A stretch of 64,000 bases of DNA from an uncultured delta proteobacterium (GTDB taxonomy: Bacteria > Desulfobacterota > Binatia > UBA9968), in NCBI GenBank assembly GCA_963771465.1, contig CAVYTU010000014.1, positions 1,024,001-1,088,000 of the forward strand, in the 5' to 3' direction. The position numbers were made by a program, and so were the translations under genes. Every line of letters starts with the position of its first letter. Position 1 is the stretch's first letter. Below are positions 1-9,968 of the stretch, piece after piece. Under the pieces are notes generated by a model. The model was given only the letters and a program-made list of their open reading frames with translations, ran no database searches and was not told where the DNA came from.

Positions 1-963
1 GGGCGCATCGCTTACGCGGCGCAAATGGCGCGGCGCACGGGACGCCCGGTGTTGTGGCAAAGCATCAGCCATAGCTGGAGCCGGCCGCACCACTGGCGCG
101 AGATGCTCGCCAATACCGAGCAGGTTTTCAAAGAAGAGGGATTGCCCATTTACGCGATGACCCAAGCCAAACCGTTCCAGAATCGTTACACCTTGCGCGA
201 CGCCCAGTGCTTCGATGAATTCCCGACCTGGAAGACGGCACTTTTTAGCCCACTGGAAGCACGCAAACAGATGTTCGCCAATGGCGATTGCCGCAAAAAA
301 CTCCGCGCCGAAGCGATCGAGGATCAGTCCCCTTCGGTCTTTCCGCGCCGTTGGGATGTGATTTTCGTCGATGCGGTGAAGCTCGCCAAAAATAAATTGC
401 TAGAGAAAAAATCCATTGAAGAGATCGCTAACGCGCAAGGCAAAGACGGTCTGGATTGCTTTTTGGATCTCTCCCTCGAAGAAGATCTCGAAACCCGATT
501 CGTTCATACTAACACCCAAGGCGACCCTGAGGCCGTTTGCGAGATACTCAAGCATCCCGCGGTAATGATCGGCCAGTCCGACGCCGGCGCGCATATGGGC
601 TACGACGCACGGTTCGGCTACTCCACGGCTTTTCTCGGCTGCTGGGTGCGCGACCATGGCATCATGGGTTTGGAAGAAGCGGTGGCGAAACTAACTTTCC
701 GGGTGGCGTCGGTATTCGGCCTCAACGATCGCGGTTTGCTGCGGCCCGGCATGGCCGCTGACATCGCGGTGTTCGATGCGGCGACCGTCAACACGCAGGA
801 GCCGGAGTACGTCAACGACTTGCCGGCCAACGAGACGCGCATGATTCAAAAAGCCACCGGCGTGCCCTACACGGTGGTGAACGGCGCCGTGGTGATCGAA
901 AACGGCGCAGCGACCGGCGCGCGGCCGGGAAAGATTCTCAGGCCGACGGCGTGGAAGAATTAG
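1..963 (+). CDS. N-acyl-D-amino-acid deacylase-like amidohydrolase (5'-truncated by window edge)
   Basis: Frame is open from base 1. C-terminal motifs SDAGAH, LEEAV..LT, DRGLLRPG.AADIAVFD and VVNG...G.RPG are typical of D-aminoacylase-family enzymes. Confidence 0.85.
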   Translation, partial: GRIAYAAQMARRTGRPVLWQSISHSWSRPHHWREMLANTEQVFKEEGLPIYAMTQAKPFQNRYTLRDAQCFDEFPTWKTALFSPLEARKQMFANGDCRKKLRAEAIEDQSPSVFPRRWDVIFVDAVKLAKNKLLEKKSIEEIANAQGKDGLDCFLDLSLEEDLETRFVHTNTQGDPEAVCEILKHPAVMIGQSDAGAHMGYDARFGYSTAFLGCWVRDHGIMGLEEAVAKLTFRVASVFGLNDRGLLRPGMAADIAVFDAATVNTQEPEYVNDLPANETRMIQKATGVPYTVVNGAVVIENGAATGARPGKILRPTAWKN

Positions 964-987
964 CCCGGATTCTTCGTCGTGCAAAGG

Positions 988-1158
988 CGATCGAGGCGAA
1001 ACCCTTCCGGAGCGAAGGCAAAGCGATCTGCTTAAGGGCAAGGGGCGATCTGCTGTGAAACTGACTGTGAGAAGGTCAAGTATAGTGCCGAACACCGTGC
1101 ATGACGATGAAACCTTTGGCGCTGATGCCTTCGCTCCTCCAGGGTTCCACCTCGATCG
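988..1158. repeat. 33-bp imperfect inverted repeat (988-1020 / 1126-1158), possible structured RNA or MITE-like element
   Basis: CGATCGAGGCGAAACCCTTCCGGAGCGAAGGCA matches the reverse complement of 1126-1158 (CGATCGAGGTGGAACCCTGGAGGAGCGAAGGCA) at 28/33 positions. Confidence 0.8.
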
Positions 1159-1227
1159 ACACTCTATCCCAGGCTTTCTTAGTCGTACGAATAAATCCGG
1201 AGTTAGCAAGATTGGAGTGTGCAAGTC

Positions 1228-2298
1228 ATGGGTGATCGGATTGCTCGGAGCATGATACGGGTGGCGCGCGGAATCGGCTCGGCTGTCGCGTTGATTTTTC
1301 TTTTCGGCGTCAATGCCGATAGCTTAGCCCAAACGAATTTCTACAGTGGCAAGACCGTCACTGTCGTCGTCGGCTCCGCGCCGGGCGGGCTTTACGATTT
1401 GTGGGCGCGACTCTTGGCTCGGACGATGGGGAAATACATTCCTGGCAATCCGACGATGCTGGTGCAAAACATGCCCGGCGGCGGTTCGATCGTAGCGGCG
1501 AATTATCTTTACGGTATCGCCAAGCCGGACGGGCTGACCATCGGCATGTTTCAAACTCACTTATATCTTGAGCAATTGGTCAGCCGGCCCGAAGTCAAGT
1601 TCGACATGCGCCGGTTTAACTGGCTCGGTTCGCAGGAAAAAGGCCAGATGATGCTCTATATCCGCGCCGACTCGCCGTACAAATCCATCGACGACATCAT
1701 CAAAGCCAAAGAGCCGCCCAAATGCGGCGGTTCGGGTACGGCGGATCAGTCGTCTCTGCTGACCCGACTGCTCGAAGAAACCATCGGCGCCAAGTTTATT
1801 CGCGTGCTCGGTTACAAAGGCGGCGGCGAAGTTGATTTGGCGATGGAGCGCGGCGAGGTGATTTGCCGGGCGACTCGGATCACGGTTCATTTCAGTCGCG
1901 AGCCGTTTCTGTCCTGGGAGAAAAAGGGCTTTGACCGTCATTTAATCCAAGCCGGCAAGAAACGTGATCAACGCTTGCCGGACCTGCCGACGATTTACGA
2001 GCTGATGGATAAATACAAAACCTCGGAGGTCGGCCGCCGATTGACGCAGATATTTCTTGCCGGCGACGAATTGGGCCGTCCGATGGTGGCGCCGCCTGGT
2101 GTGACGGCGGACCGGGTGAAAATTTTACGTGAGGCTTATGCGAGAGCACTGAAAGATCCTGATCTGATCGCCGAGGTCGACCGCCAGCGGCTGGACATGG
2201 ATCCGTCCAGCGGTGAAGAGATTCAAACTCTGATCAAAGAACTGATGGAGCAAAAGGGCGAAGTGATCGAGCGGGTGAAAAAACTCATGGAGAATTAA
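1228..2298 (+). CDS. Tripartite tricarboxylate transporter substrate-binding protein (Bug/TctC family)
   Basis: Signal peptide and motifs VGSAPGGLYD, VQNMPGGGS..AAN, KPDGLTIG, GYKGGGE..LAMERGEV, APPGV. Start is ATG 1228 or 1252. Confidence 0.9.
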   Translation: MGDRIARSMIRVARGIGSAVALIFLFGVNADSLAQTNFYSGKTVTVVVGSAPGGLYDLWARLLARTMGKYIPGNPTMLVQNMPGGGSIVAANYLYGIAKPDGLTIGMFQTHLYLEQLVSRPEVKFDMRRFNWLGSQEKGQMMLYIRADSPYKSIDDIIKAKEPPKCGGSGTADQSSLLTRLLEETIGAKFIRVLGYKGGGEVDLAMERGEVICRATRITVHFSREPFLSWEKKGFDRHLIQAGKKRDQRLPDLPTIYELMDKYKTSEVGRRLTQIFLAGDELGRPMVAPPGVTADRVKILREAYARALKDPDLIAEVDRQRLDMDPSSGEEIQTLIKELMEQKGEVIERVKKLMEN

Positions 2299-2319
2299 TC
2301 AAGAGGCTGCGAACGGACC

Positions 2320-3309
2320 TCACTGTGTTTTTGCCTTCTCCGCGAAGCTCCAGTCGCGCACGAGCTGCGGCTTGGCGATGATTTTTTCCTTGGCGCGAAA
2401 AGTTCCCACAGCGATCCATTCCTCGGTGACCGCATCAGGGACTGACAGCTCTGGGTTATACTGATCGCGGTAGATCGCATAAAATTTTTCCGCGGCTGGG
2501 CGGTCGAGCTTCAATAATTTTTCTAAAAGACCGACGCCAACCTCGCGCTGGCTCTGCAAAAACAAGATGGCATTGCGCAGCGCGCGCAGATAACGGACGA
2601 TCTCGTCGGGCTCCCGCTCAATCTTTCTCTGGGTAGTGCTCAAGCCGACGATAGGTATCTTGACGAACTCCGCGGTCTCCTTCACCGATAAGAGCGTCTT
2701 AAAACCTTTTTGCTCGGCGCGGTATTCGAATGGGCTATTGACCACGGTGGCATCGACGGCGCCGCTGAGCAGAGCGGCAAAGCGCGCGTCCGGGCTGCCG
2801 GCGACCGCTTGCAAGGTGACATCCTTGTTGGGATCGAGGCCGTTGCGGCTGAGCAGTTGATAGATCGCGAAGTCGGCGGAGCTGCCAAAAGTGTTGATGG
2901 CGATTCTTTTTCCCTTGAGCGCTTTAACGCTATCGATATCGGGCCGCGAGACAATGGCGTAGCCGCTGGTTTTGACGGTGGCCGCAACGATCTTCACCGG
3001 CAGACCGCGAGTTGCTGCGCCGGCGATGAACGGCAGGATCGTCACGTAATCGAGCTCGTTGGCCATCAAGGCACTGAGCATCAGGTTGGTTCCCTGGAAC
3101 TGGATGTAACGAACCCGCAAACCTTCTTTATCGAAAAAGCCGCGCTCCATGGCGACGCGATCCGGCAGAGCGGTCCAGGCGGTGCCGCCGGTCCAGCCGA
3201 TGTTAAGGATTTTCGGCTCGGCGCCGTTGGTCGTGGTTGCCAATAGAGTGGCGCAAAGCACCAGCAGGATGAATAGCGATGCGCGCAATTTCTCCGTCGA
3301 ACCGATCAC
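2320..3309 (-). CDS. ABC transporter substrate-binding protein, NMT1/THI5/SsuA-like
   Basis: Signal peptide; GFFDKEGL, LKGKRIAI..GS, GLDP.KDV, ALLSGAVDA. GTGA overlap with the upstream gene's stop. Confidence 0.85.
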   Translation of the reverse strand: MIGSTEKLRASLFILLVLCATLLATTTNGAEPKILNIGWTGGTAWTALPDRVAMERGFFDKEGLRVRYIQFQGTNLMLSALMANELDYVTILPFIAGAATRGLPVKIVAATVKTSGYAIVSRPDIDSVKALKGKRIAINTFGSSADFAIYQLLSRNGLDPNKDVTLQAVAGSPDARFAALLSGAVDATVVNSPFEYRAEQKGFKTLLSVKETAEFVKIPIVGLSTTQRKIEREPDEIVRYLRALRNAILFLQSQREVGVGLLEKLLKLDRPAAEKFYAIYRDQYNPELSVPDAVTEEWIAVGTFRAKEKIIAKPQLVRDWSFAEKAKTQ

Positions 3310-4046
3310 GCGCTAGCAGCTTTTTTCTGTGCCGACGGCGCCAGGTGGGTGGCGAAGAATTCCAACGTCCGTTGCCACGAAGTCTTGTCGGCTTCCGGAC
3401 GATAGCTCTTCCTGCCGGCGCAATTGAAACCATGGGGCGCGTTATCGTAATAAAAAAATTCATGCTGTTTGCCGAGGCGATTCAGTTCGGCGTCGAGCTT
3501 GTGCATTTCCTCCGGCGACGGGCTGGTATCGAGCATGCCGAAATGTCCTTGAATCGGACAGGAGACATTGGCCGCAAGCGTCGACGGTGCGGGCCGGTCG
3601 CTGCCCCATTTCGAGTAGACGCCGCCGCCGTAATAATCCACCGCGGCAATGAACGATGGGGTTGCCGCGGCGGCGAGAAAAGCAACCCGCCCGCCCATGC
3701 AGAAACCGACGATGCCAAGCCTTGATGTGTCGGTCTTGGCGCAGCCTTTCAAGAAATTTATCGTCCCGTTCAAATCGTTGATCACGTTGGTGTCGCTGCG
3801 GGCGGGCCGAATCTTTTCGATTTCTTCCTCACTGTTCGGCTCGCCGGTGCGGTGATAGAGCAGCGGCGCGATACCAACGTAGCCGGCTTCAGCGACGCGG
3901 CGGGTCATCTCTTGGGTAAATTCTTTGACGCCGTACTTGTTCTGGATGACGATGATGGCTGGAAACGGTCCAGGCCCGTCCGGTTGGCTCAAATATAGCT
4001 TCATTGGGCTGTTATCGACGGTGACGGTTTCCCAAGTGTTCTGCAT
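3306..4046 (-). CDS. Dienelactone hydrolase family protein
   Basis: Nucleophile motif GFCMGG and catalytic His in HGF. GGAGG RBS precedes ATG 4046. Confidence 0.9.
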   Translation of the reverse strand: MQNTWETVTVDNSPMKLYLSQPDGPGPFPAIIVIQNKYGVKEFTQEMTRRVAEAGYVGIAPLLYHRTGEPNSEEEIEKIRPARSDTNVINDLNGTINFLKGCAKTDTSRLGIVGFCMGGRVAFLAAAATPSFIAAVDYYGGGVYSKWGSDRPAPSTLAANVSCPIQGHFGMLDTSPSPEEMHKLDAELNRLGKQHEFFYYDNAPHGFNCAGRKSYRPEADKTSWQRTLEFFATHLAPSAQKKAASA

Positions 4047-4188
4047 GAAAATCCTCCAATGGTTCGGCACACAGTATTGACCCTTCCAATAATCTGTTAA
4101 TGTAGTGCTGTCAAACGCGCACGGCGCAAGCGTTGCGCGGCGGCTAGTGTAATTTCCTTGTGGTGCGCGATGATGCTAGAAATAAGCG

Positions 4189-5700
4189 ATGTGGTGTGAC
4201 TTTAAAATGATGCGAACGGGATCGCATGGAAGGCACGCGGCAAGCGCGATTGCCGCCGTTTTGGCTTTATCTTTTTTTCTCGGCGCCGTCGCTCTCGACG
4301 CGGCGCAGACGCAAGCCGTCAAACGGCGCAACCCGCCAGCGAAAGCGGCTGACGGCGCAAAAGCTCAAGCGACCAAGAAACCGACCGAAACACTTGCGGC
4401 AGCTAAAGCGGAGCAAAGCGCCAAGTCATTCGCCATCGACTTCAAAGAATTCAAACTCAAAAATGGCTTGCGTGTCCTGCTCGCCGAGGATCACCGCGCG
4501 CCGACCTTTTCGATTTGCATGACTTACAATGTCGGTTCCCGCGACGAGCGTCCAGGGCGCACCGGTTTTGCCCATCTGTTCGAGCATATGTTGTTTCAAG
4601 GCTCGGAAAACGTCGGCAAGGGCGAGCATTTCATTTTAATCCAACAAAACGGCGGCAGCGCCAACGGCACGACCAACGCCGACCGTACCAATTATTTCGA
4701 AACCTTGCCGGCGAATCAGTTGGAGCTGGCGATCTTTCTCGAAGCCGACCGCATGCGCGCGCCGGCGATCACCCAGGCCAACTTCGACAACCAGCGCGCC
4801 ACCGTGCAAGAAGAGCGGCGGCAGAACTACGACAACCGCGCCTATGGCAAAAGCTACGAGGCGACCATCGACCTCGTCTACGACACGTTTCCTTACAAGC
4901 ACTCGACCATCGGTTCCATGGAGGACTTGAACGCAGCGACCATTCAGGACGCCGAGGCCTTCTTCCAAACTTATTACGCGCCGAATAACGCGGTGCTCTC
5001 TCTGGTCGGCAACTTTCAGAGCGAGGCCGCGCTGGCGCTGATCAAGAAGTATTTCGAAAACATCCCGGCGCAGACGCCGCCGCCGGTACCGGACGTGCGC
5101 GAGCCGGAGCAAAAAGGCGAAAGGCGCAAAGTGTTGGAAGACAACTTCGCGCAAACGCCGCGGCTCGATGTGGTATTCAAGATACCGCCGGGAAACACGC
5201 CCGACTGGTATGCACTGGAAGTGCTGGGAAATGTATTATCCAACGGAGTCTCGTCGCGGCTGTACCAGAAATTCGTCAAAGAAAAAGAACTCGCGGTGAG
5301 CGTCAGCGCCGACGCCAGCGAGCAACGCGGCCCGGCGCTATTTTGGTTCAGCGTGATGGCGCGGCCAACCACCGATCTCGCCGAACTGGAAAAGTTGTTG
5401 CTGGAAGAAATTCGCCGCGCCCAGGAAATCCCGGTGAGCGATGCTGAGCTCAGCAAAGTGCGCATGCAGCTACGCCGCCAGCGCGCCCAGCAGCTTTATA
5501 GCACGCGCTCGCGCGCCAATTCGCTCGGTCACTTTGCCGTCTATTACAACGATGCCGGCTTGATCAACAGTGTTTGGGACCAATACGATCGCATCACTAA
5601 AGCCGATTTGCAGAATGTCGCGCGGCGATATTTTACCGAGGCCAATCGGTCGGTGGTGACGACGATGCCGAAAGCCGCGGCCGCCACGGGGACGCGTTAG
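4189..5700 (+). CDS. M16 family zinc metallopeptidase, catalytic subunit (exported)
   Basis: Inverted zinc motif HLFEH in GRTGFAHLFEHM; LKNGLRV, NGTT..DRTNY; signal peptide. Start is uncertain. Confidence 0.92.
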   Translation: MWCDFKMMRTGSHGRHAASAIAAVLALSFFLGAVALDAAQTQAVKRRNPPAKAADGAKAQATKKPTETLAAAKAEQSAKSFAIDFKEFKLKNGLRVLLAEDHRAPTFSICMTYNVGSRDERPGRTGFAHLFEHMLFQGSENVGKGEHFILIQQNGGSANGTTNADRTNYFETLPANQLELAIFLEADRMRAPAITQANFDNQRATVQEERRQNYDNRAYGKSYEATIDLVYDTFPYKHSTIGSMEDLNAATIQDAEAFFQTYYAPNNAVLSLVGNFQSEAALALIKKYFENIPAQTPPPVPDVREPEQKGERRKVLEDNFAQTPRLDVVFKIPPGNTPDWYALEVLGNVLSNGVSSRLYQKFVKEKELAVSVSADASEQRGPALFWFSVMARPTTDLAELEKLLLEEIRRAQEIPVSDAELSKVRMQLRRQRAQQLYSTRSRANSLGHFAVYYNDAGLINSVWDQYDRITKADLQNVARRYFTEANRSVVTTMPKAAAATGTR

Positions 5701-5750
5701 CATTAACCGCAATCACAGCGCCGGCAAGACGAGACTTTGGACAAGTGAGT

Positions 5751-7250
5751 ATGCCTAGACAATTTTCTTTTCGACAACGACTCATGAGCGTTTTCTCGTT
5801 GATTGCGCTGCTCGGCTGGCTCGTGCCGGTAGCGCCTCTGGCTCAGGACGCGGCGGTTGCGCCGAGCAAGGTCGAGCGCAAAGACCGCGCGCCGGTGTCG
5901 CGCGAAATACTCCAGGTCAAACTGCCCAAACCCGTGGAGGCAAAACTCAAGAACGGGCTGACCGTGCTGATTGTCGAGGATCGCCGTGCGCCGTACATCT
6001 CGATGCAGCTTCATATCGGCGGCGCCGGAGCGCTGTTTGAACCGGTCGGGATGGCCGGCTTGGCGAGTATCACGGCGCAGATGCTGCGCGAAGGGACGAA
6101 CTCTAAAACGAGTCTCCAGATCGCCGAAGACATCGACCGCCTCGGCGCATCGATTAATACCGGAGCATCGTTCGGTTCCCCGGATGTCGTGCTCAGCGCG
6201 GCCGGCTTGAGTGATAACTTCGATGTTTGGTTTGCCATCGCCACCGATATGTTGTTTCAGCCAAGTTTTCCCGCCGACGAGTTGGAGAAGCTCAAGCAGC
6301 GCTTGCGCGTGCAACTGCGCGAGCAGCGCTCGGGAGCGAACTTTTTGTTGAACGAGCGCTTCAATCGCGCCGTCTACGGCGACCATCCGGCGGCGAAAGT
6401 GTCAGCGACGGCGGCATCCCTCGACGCCCTCAAGCGCGAGACCTTGGTCCAGTGGCATCGACAACGGTTCGTACCGCAAAACGCTATCCTCGGCATCGCC
6501 GGGGATGTGAGCGCGAAAGATTTGCTCGCTAAACTGGAGAAGCGTTTGGCCGGCTGGAAGAAAACCGAGCTGCAGCCCACTTGGCCGGCCAATCCGGTGG
6601 CGGCAAACGCGCGCCATGTTTTACTCGTGCACCGGCCCAATTCGGTTCAGACCACGGTGGCGCTCGGCAATATCGCCATCGACCGGCGCAGTGCAGATTA
6701 TCCGGCGATGATCGTGATGAACGATGTCATCGGCGGCGGCGCTTCGGCGCGGCTATTTTTAAATCTCCGCGAGGAGAAAGGTTACACCTACGGCGTCTAT
6801 AGCGACTTCTCCGCGCTGCGCTATCCCGGCCCGTGGCGCGCCGGCGGCAACATGCGGACGGATGTAACTGATGGCGCGCTGGTAGAATTTTTCAAAGAGA
6901 TTCGGCGCATCCGCGACGAAAGCGTGCCGAGCAAGGAGTTGGATGAGAGCAAGCGTTCCATCGTCGCCAGCTTCGCGCTCTCGCTGGAGCAGCCGTCGCG
7001 GGTGCTGAACTTCGCCATCACGCGCAAACTCTACGGCCTGCCTGCCGACTACTGGGATACTTATTCCAGCAAAATCGCCGCGGTCACGGCCGAAGACGTC
7101 CAAAGAGTCGCGCGCAAATATTTAAATCCCGAGACGCTGCAACTGGTCGCCGTCGGCGACGCGACGAAGATAAAAACCATTCTGGAAAAGTACGGCACCG
7201 TGGATGTCTACGATACCAACGGCGCTTCAGTGGCCGCCGACAAGTTTTAG
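5751..7250 (+). CDS. M16 family peptidase, non-catalytic partner subunit
   Basis: M16 fold motifs without HxxEH; carries the RL..NLREEKGYTY (R/Y) motif; adjacent to the catalytic subunit. Confidence 0.88.
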   Translation: MPRQFSFRQRLMSVFSLIALLGWLVPVAPLAQDAAVAPSKVERKDRAPVSREILQVKLPKPVEAKLKNGLTVLIVEDRRAPYISMQLHIGGAGALFEPVGMAGLASITAQMLREGTNSKTSLQIAEDIDRLGASINTGASFGSPDVVLSAAGLSDNFDVWFAIATDMLFQPSFPADELEKLKQRLRVQLREQRSGANFLLNERFNRAVYGDHPAAKVSATAASLDALKRETLVQWHRQRFVPQNAILGIAGDVSAKDLLAKLEKRLAGWKKTELQPTWPANPVAANARHVLLVHRPNSVQTTVALGNIAIDRRSADYPAMIVMNDVIGGGASARLFLNLREEKGYTYGVYSDFSALRYPGPWRAGGNMRTDVTDGALVEFFKEIRRIRDESVPSKELDESKRSIVASFALSLEQPSRVLNFAITRKLYGLPADYWDTYSSKIAAVTAEDVQRVARKYLNPETLQLVAVGDATKIKTILEKYGTVDVYDTNGASVAADKF

Positions 7251-7429
7251 CTTCATTGCCAATCGATCCGGCTTTTAAATCATGGCTGCCGCGCGTGATG
7301 GCGGTAAGGGATGATGCTTGGACCCTTCTCCTTGGCTCCTTAAAATAATTTCTCTCGGATCCCATCTCTTGTTTCTGGTGGCGGTATGCAAATATACTCC
7401 GGCCACTTTAACGATCATGGAGTCGGCAT

Positions 7430-9838
7430 ATGGCGGATGAAACGAATAGTTCCACCGGTGCGTTATCCGGTTTGCGCGTGTTGGACTTGACCGGACGGTT
7501 GGGCGGTTATTGCGGGCTTTTGCTGGCGAACCTGGGCGCAGAGGTGGTCCTTATTGAACCGGTTGACGGCGACCCGATGCGGCGTGAGGGACCGTTTAAG
7601 AACGCTATCGCCGATTCCGAAGCGAGTTTGTCTTTCGCGGCCTATCACACCAACAAGCAGGGCATCACGCTTAACTTGGCGGAGCAACGAGGCCGCGAGA
7701 CGCTACGCCAACTTGCCCGCCACGCCGATGTTTTGATCGAAGACAAACCGGTCGGTTATCTCGAGCAGAATGGACTTGGCTATGCGGCGCTGCACGATCT
7801 CAATCCGGCACTGATCGTGACCTCGATTACCGGTTTTGGATTGAGCGGCCCCTATCGCGATTTCAAAGCGCCGAGCATCGTTGCCTTCGCCATGGGTGGG
7901 TTGATGAATCTGTGCGGCCATCCGGGGCGCGCGCCGCTCATGGGACCATGCGACGTGGCGGATCATTTAGGATCCGTGCACGCAGCCTTCGCGACTTTGG
8001 TTGCGCTCTTCAATCGGCGCGCCACGGGACAGGGTGAGCATGTCGACGTGTCGCTGCAAGATGTTTTGGTCGCCGATCCATTCTTGCGTATCCTCACGCG
8101 CTACAGCGTTACCGGCGAAGTACCGGAGCGCACTGGTCACAGCCAGTCGACCACGGTGGCCGAGACCTATCAATGCCGCGACGGCTATGCGCGTATCTTC
8201 GTCAATCAGACCGACCATTGGAAAAGGTTTGTCGAATGGCTCGGCCGTCCGCCGGAACTGCTCGATCCGAAATATGAAACCGTTCAGAACCGCTTTCCGC
8301 TGCGCCAGATCATTGACCGGCTGGTCGAAGCGCGCACGCTCAATTATGACGTGAAGAAATTTTTCGACGAGTTTCAAGGACTGCGGTTGGCGGCGGCGCC
8401 GATCAATCCACCGAGTGGTTTTCTCGCCGACGAGCAAACCCGGCACCGTGGTTTTGTCACCGAAGTCGACCACGCCAAGCTTGGCCGCCATCGTTTCCCC
8501 GGCGATCCTTATAAATTTTCCGAAAGCCCGTGGCACATCGCCCGAGGCGCGCCGCTACTCGACGAGCATCAGGCCGGGGTCGATCGAGAATGGTCACAGC
8601 CGTCGGCTTGGCTCGCAGAGTCGAACTCGGCGCGGCCAGCGGCGGCGCGCCGGCCGTTCGAAGGGATTCGCGTCATCAGTTTTCCCACCGGCATCGTCGG
8701 TCCGGCGCTGGCCGGCCTGCTCGCCGAACAGGGCGCGGAGGTGATCAGCATCGAAGCCGGTCGGGTGCCGCGCAGCCCGCAGCGCGGACAACGTTTTCAG
8801 ATCGCTTCGGATTTGGAGGCCAATCGGAACCGCAAGCGTATCGCCGTCGATATGAAAAATCCCGACGGCGTGGCGCTGGTAAAAAAACTCATCGCCAAGT
8901 CGGACGCGGTGGCCGAGAATTTTTCCGCCCGGGTGATGGGCAGTTGGGGATTGGACTATCCGCGGCTAAAAGAAATTCGTGCCGATATTATTCTGGCGAG
9001 CTTGCAGGCTTTCGGCCAGACCGGACCGCGGCGCGACTATGTCAGTTTCGGGCCGATTCTCATGTCCTTTTCCGGCATGGCTTATTTATGGCGCGATCCT
9101 GAAATCGAACGGCCCGGAGCTGGTTGTCAGACGGCGTTTCCCGACTACATCGCGCCCTCATACGGCGCGCTGGCGATACTTGCCGCGCTGCATTATCGCC
9201 AGCGCACGGGCCGAGGGCAATATATCGATATTTCCCAAGCCGAAACTGCGGCGGCGATGATCGGGCCAGCGTATTTGGATTACCTGATCCATGGCCGCGA
9301 ACCCGCGCCCCAGGGAAATTTTAGCGCCCATGCAGCGCCCCATGGCTGCTATCGCTGCAAAGGCGACGACCGCTGGTGCGTCATCGCCGTCGCCACACAG
9401 GAAGAGTGGGTGCGTTTTTGCGAGATCGTCGGCCATCGCGAATGGCTCGCCGATGCGCGCTTCGCCGATCGCGATGCACGGGTCGCCAATCGCGCGGCGC
9501 TCGACGCCGCCGTCGAGGCATGGACCGCGAAGTATACGCCGCATCAGGTGATGGTGATCTTGCAGCGCGACGGCATCGCCGCCGGCGTCGTCCAGACCGC
9601 GGAAGATCTCTATCGCGATCCCCATCTGCGTGAGCGCGGCTTCGCCCGGGAAGTGTTTCATCCCGAAGTCGGCTGGGCCACCCGCGCTGGTCCGTCAGCG
9701 CGCTTGACCGAGCATGGTTTCGAGCCGAGCGGGTATGCCCACGTCGCCGGCGAAGATAATGAGACGGTGCTCGGCGAGTTGTTGGGACTATCGAGCGACG
9801 CGATTCGCGACCTCGCCGAGCGCAAAGTGCTGCGCTGA
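7430..9838 (+). CDS. Family III CoA-transferase (CaiB/BaiF), two-domain fusion
   Basis: Two successive CaiB units (LSGLRVLDL...LGAEVV.IE; PFEGIRV...GAEVISIE...NRNRK), each with a G.G..[VI]D.S motif; 802 aa. Confidence 0.9.
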   Translation: MADETNSSTGALSGLRVLDLTGRLGGYCGLLLANLGAEVVLIEPVDGDPMRREGPFKNAIADSEASLSFAAYHTNKQGITLNLAEQRGRETLRQLARHADVLIEDKPVGYLEQNGLGYAALHDLNPALIVTSITGFGLSGPYRDFKAPSIVAFAMGGLMNLCGHPGRAPLMGPCDVADHLGSVHAAFATLVALFNRRATGQGEHVDVSLQDVLVADPFLRILTRYSVTGEVPERTGHSQSTTVAETYQCRDGYARIFVNQTDHWKRFVEWLGRPPELLDPKYETVQNRFPLRQIIDRLVEARTLNYDVKKFFDEFQGLRLAAAPINPPSGFLADEQTRHRGFVTEVDHAKLGRHRFPGDPYKFSESPWHIARGAPLLDEHQAGVDREWSQPSAWLAESNSARPAAARRPFEGIRVISFPTGIVGPALAGLLAEQGAEVISIEAGRVPRSPQRGQRFQIASDLEANRNRKRIAVDMKNPDGVALVKKLIAKSDAVAENFSARVMGSWGLDYPRLKEIRADIILASLQAFGQTGPRRDYVSFGPILMSFSGMAYLWRDPEIERPGAGCQTAFPDYIAPSYGALAILAALHYRQRTGRGQYIDISQAETAAAMIGPAYLDYLIHGREPAPQGNFSAHAAPHGCYRCKGDDRWCVIAVATQEEWVRFCEIVGHREWLADARFADRDARVANRAALDAAVEAWTAKYTPHQVMVILQRDGIAAGVVQTAEDLYRDPHLRERGFAREVFHPEVGWATRAGPSARLTEHGFEPSGYAHVAGEDNETVLGELLGLSSDAIRDLAERKVLR

Positions 9839-9968
9839 AGAGACTAGCGTAAAGAGCGCAAGCAGAATCGCAATACTGAACTTCGCGTCTCGGCGTCCCT
9901 TCGACTTGGCGCGATAAACTCGCAACTTTGTTTGCGCAAACTGTCGTCATCGATCGACGGAGCTTACG

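Noticed and set aside
995-1040. c-di-GMP-I riboswitch-like words (GGCGAAACC...CAAAGC...TAAGGG)
   Set aside because: No GNRA-capped P2 and no GACGCAAAGC context; the segment is better explained as one arm of the 33-bp inverted repeat.
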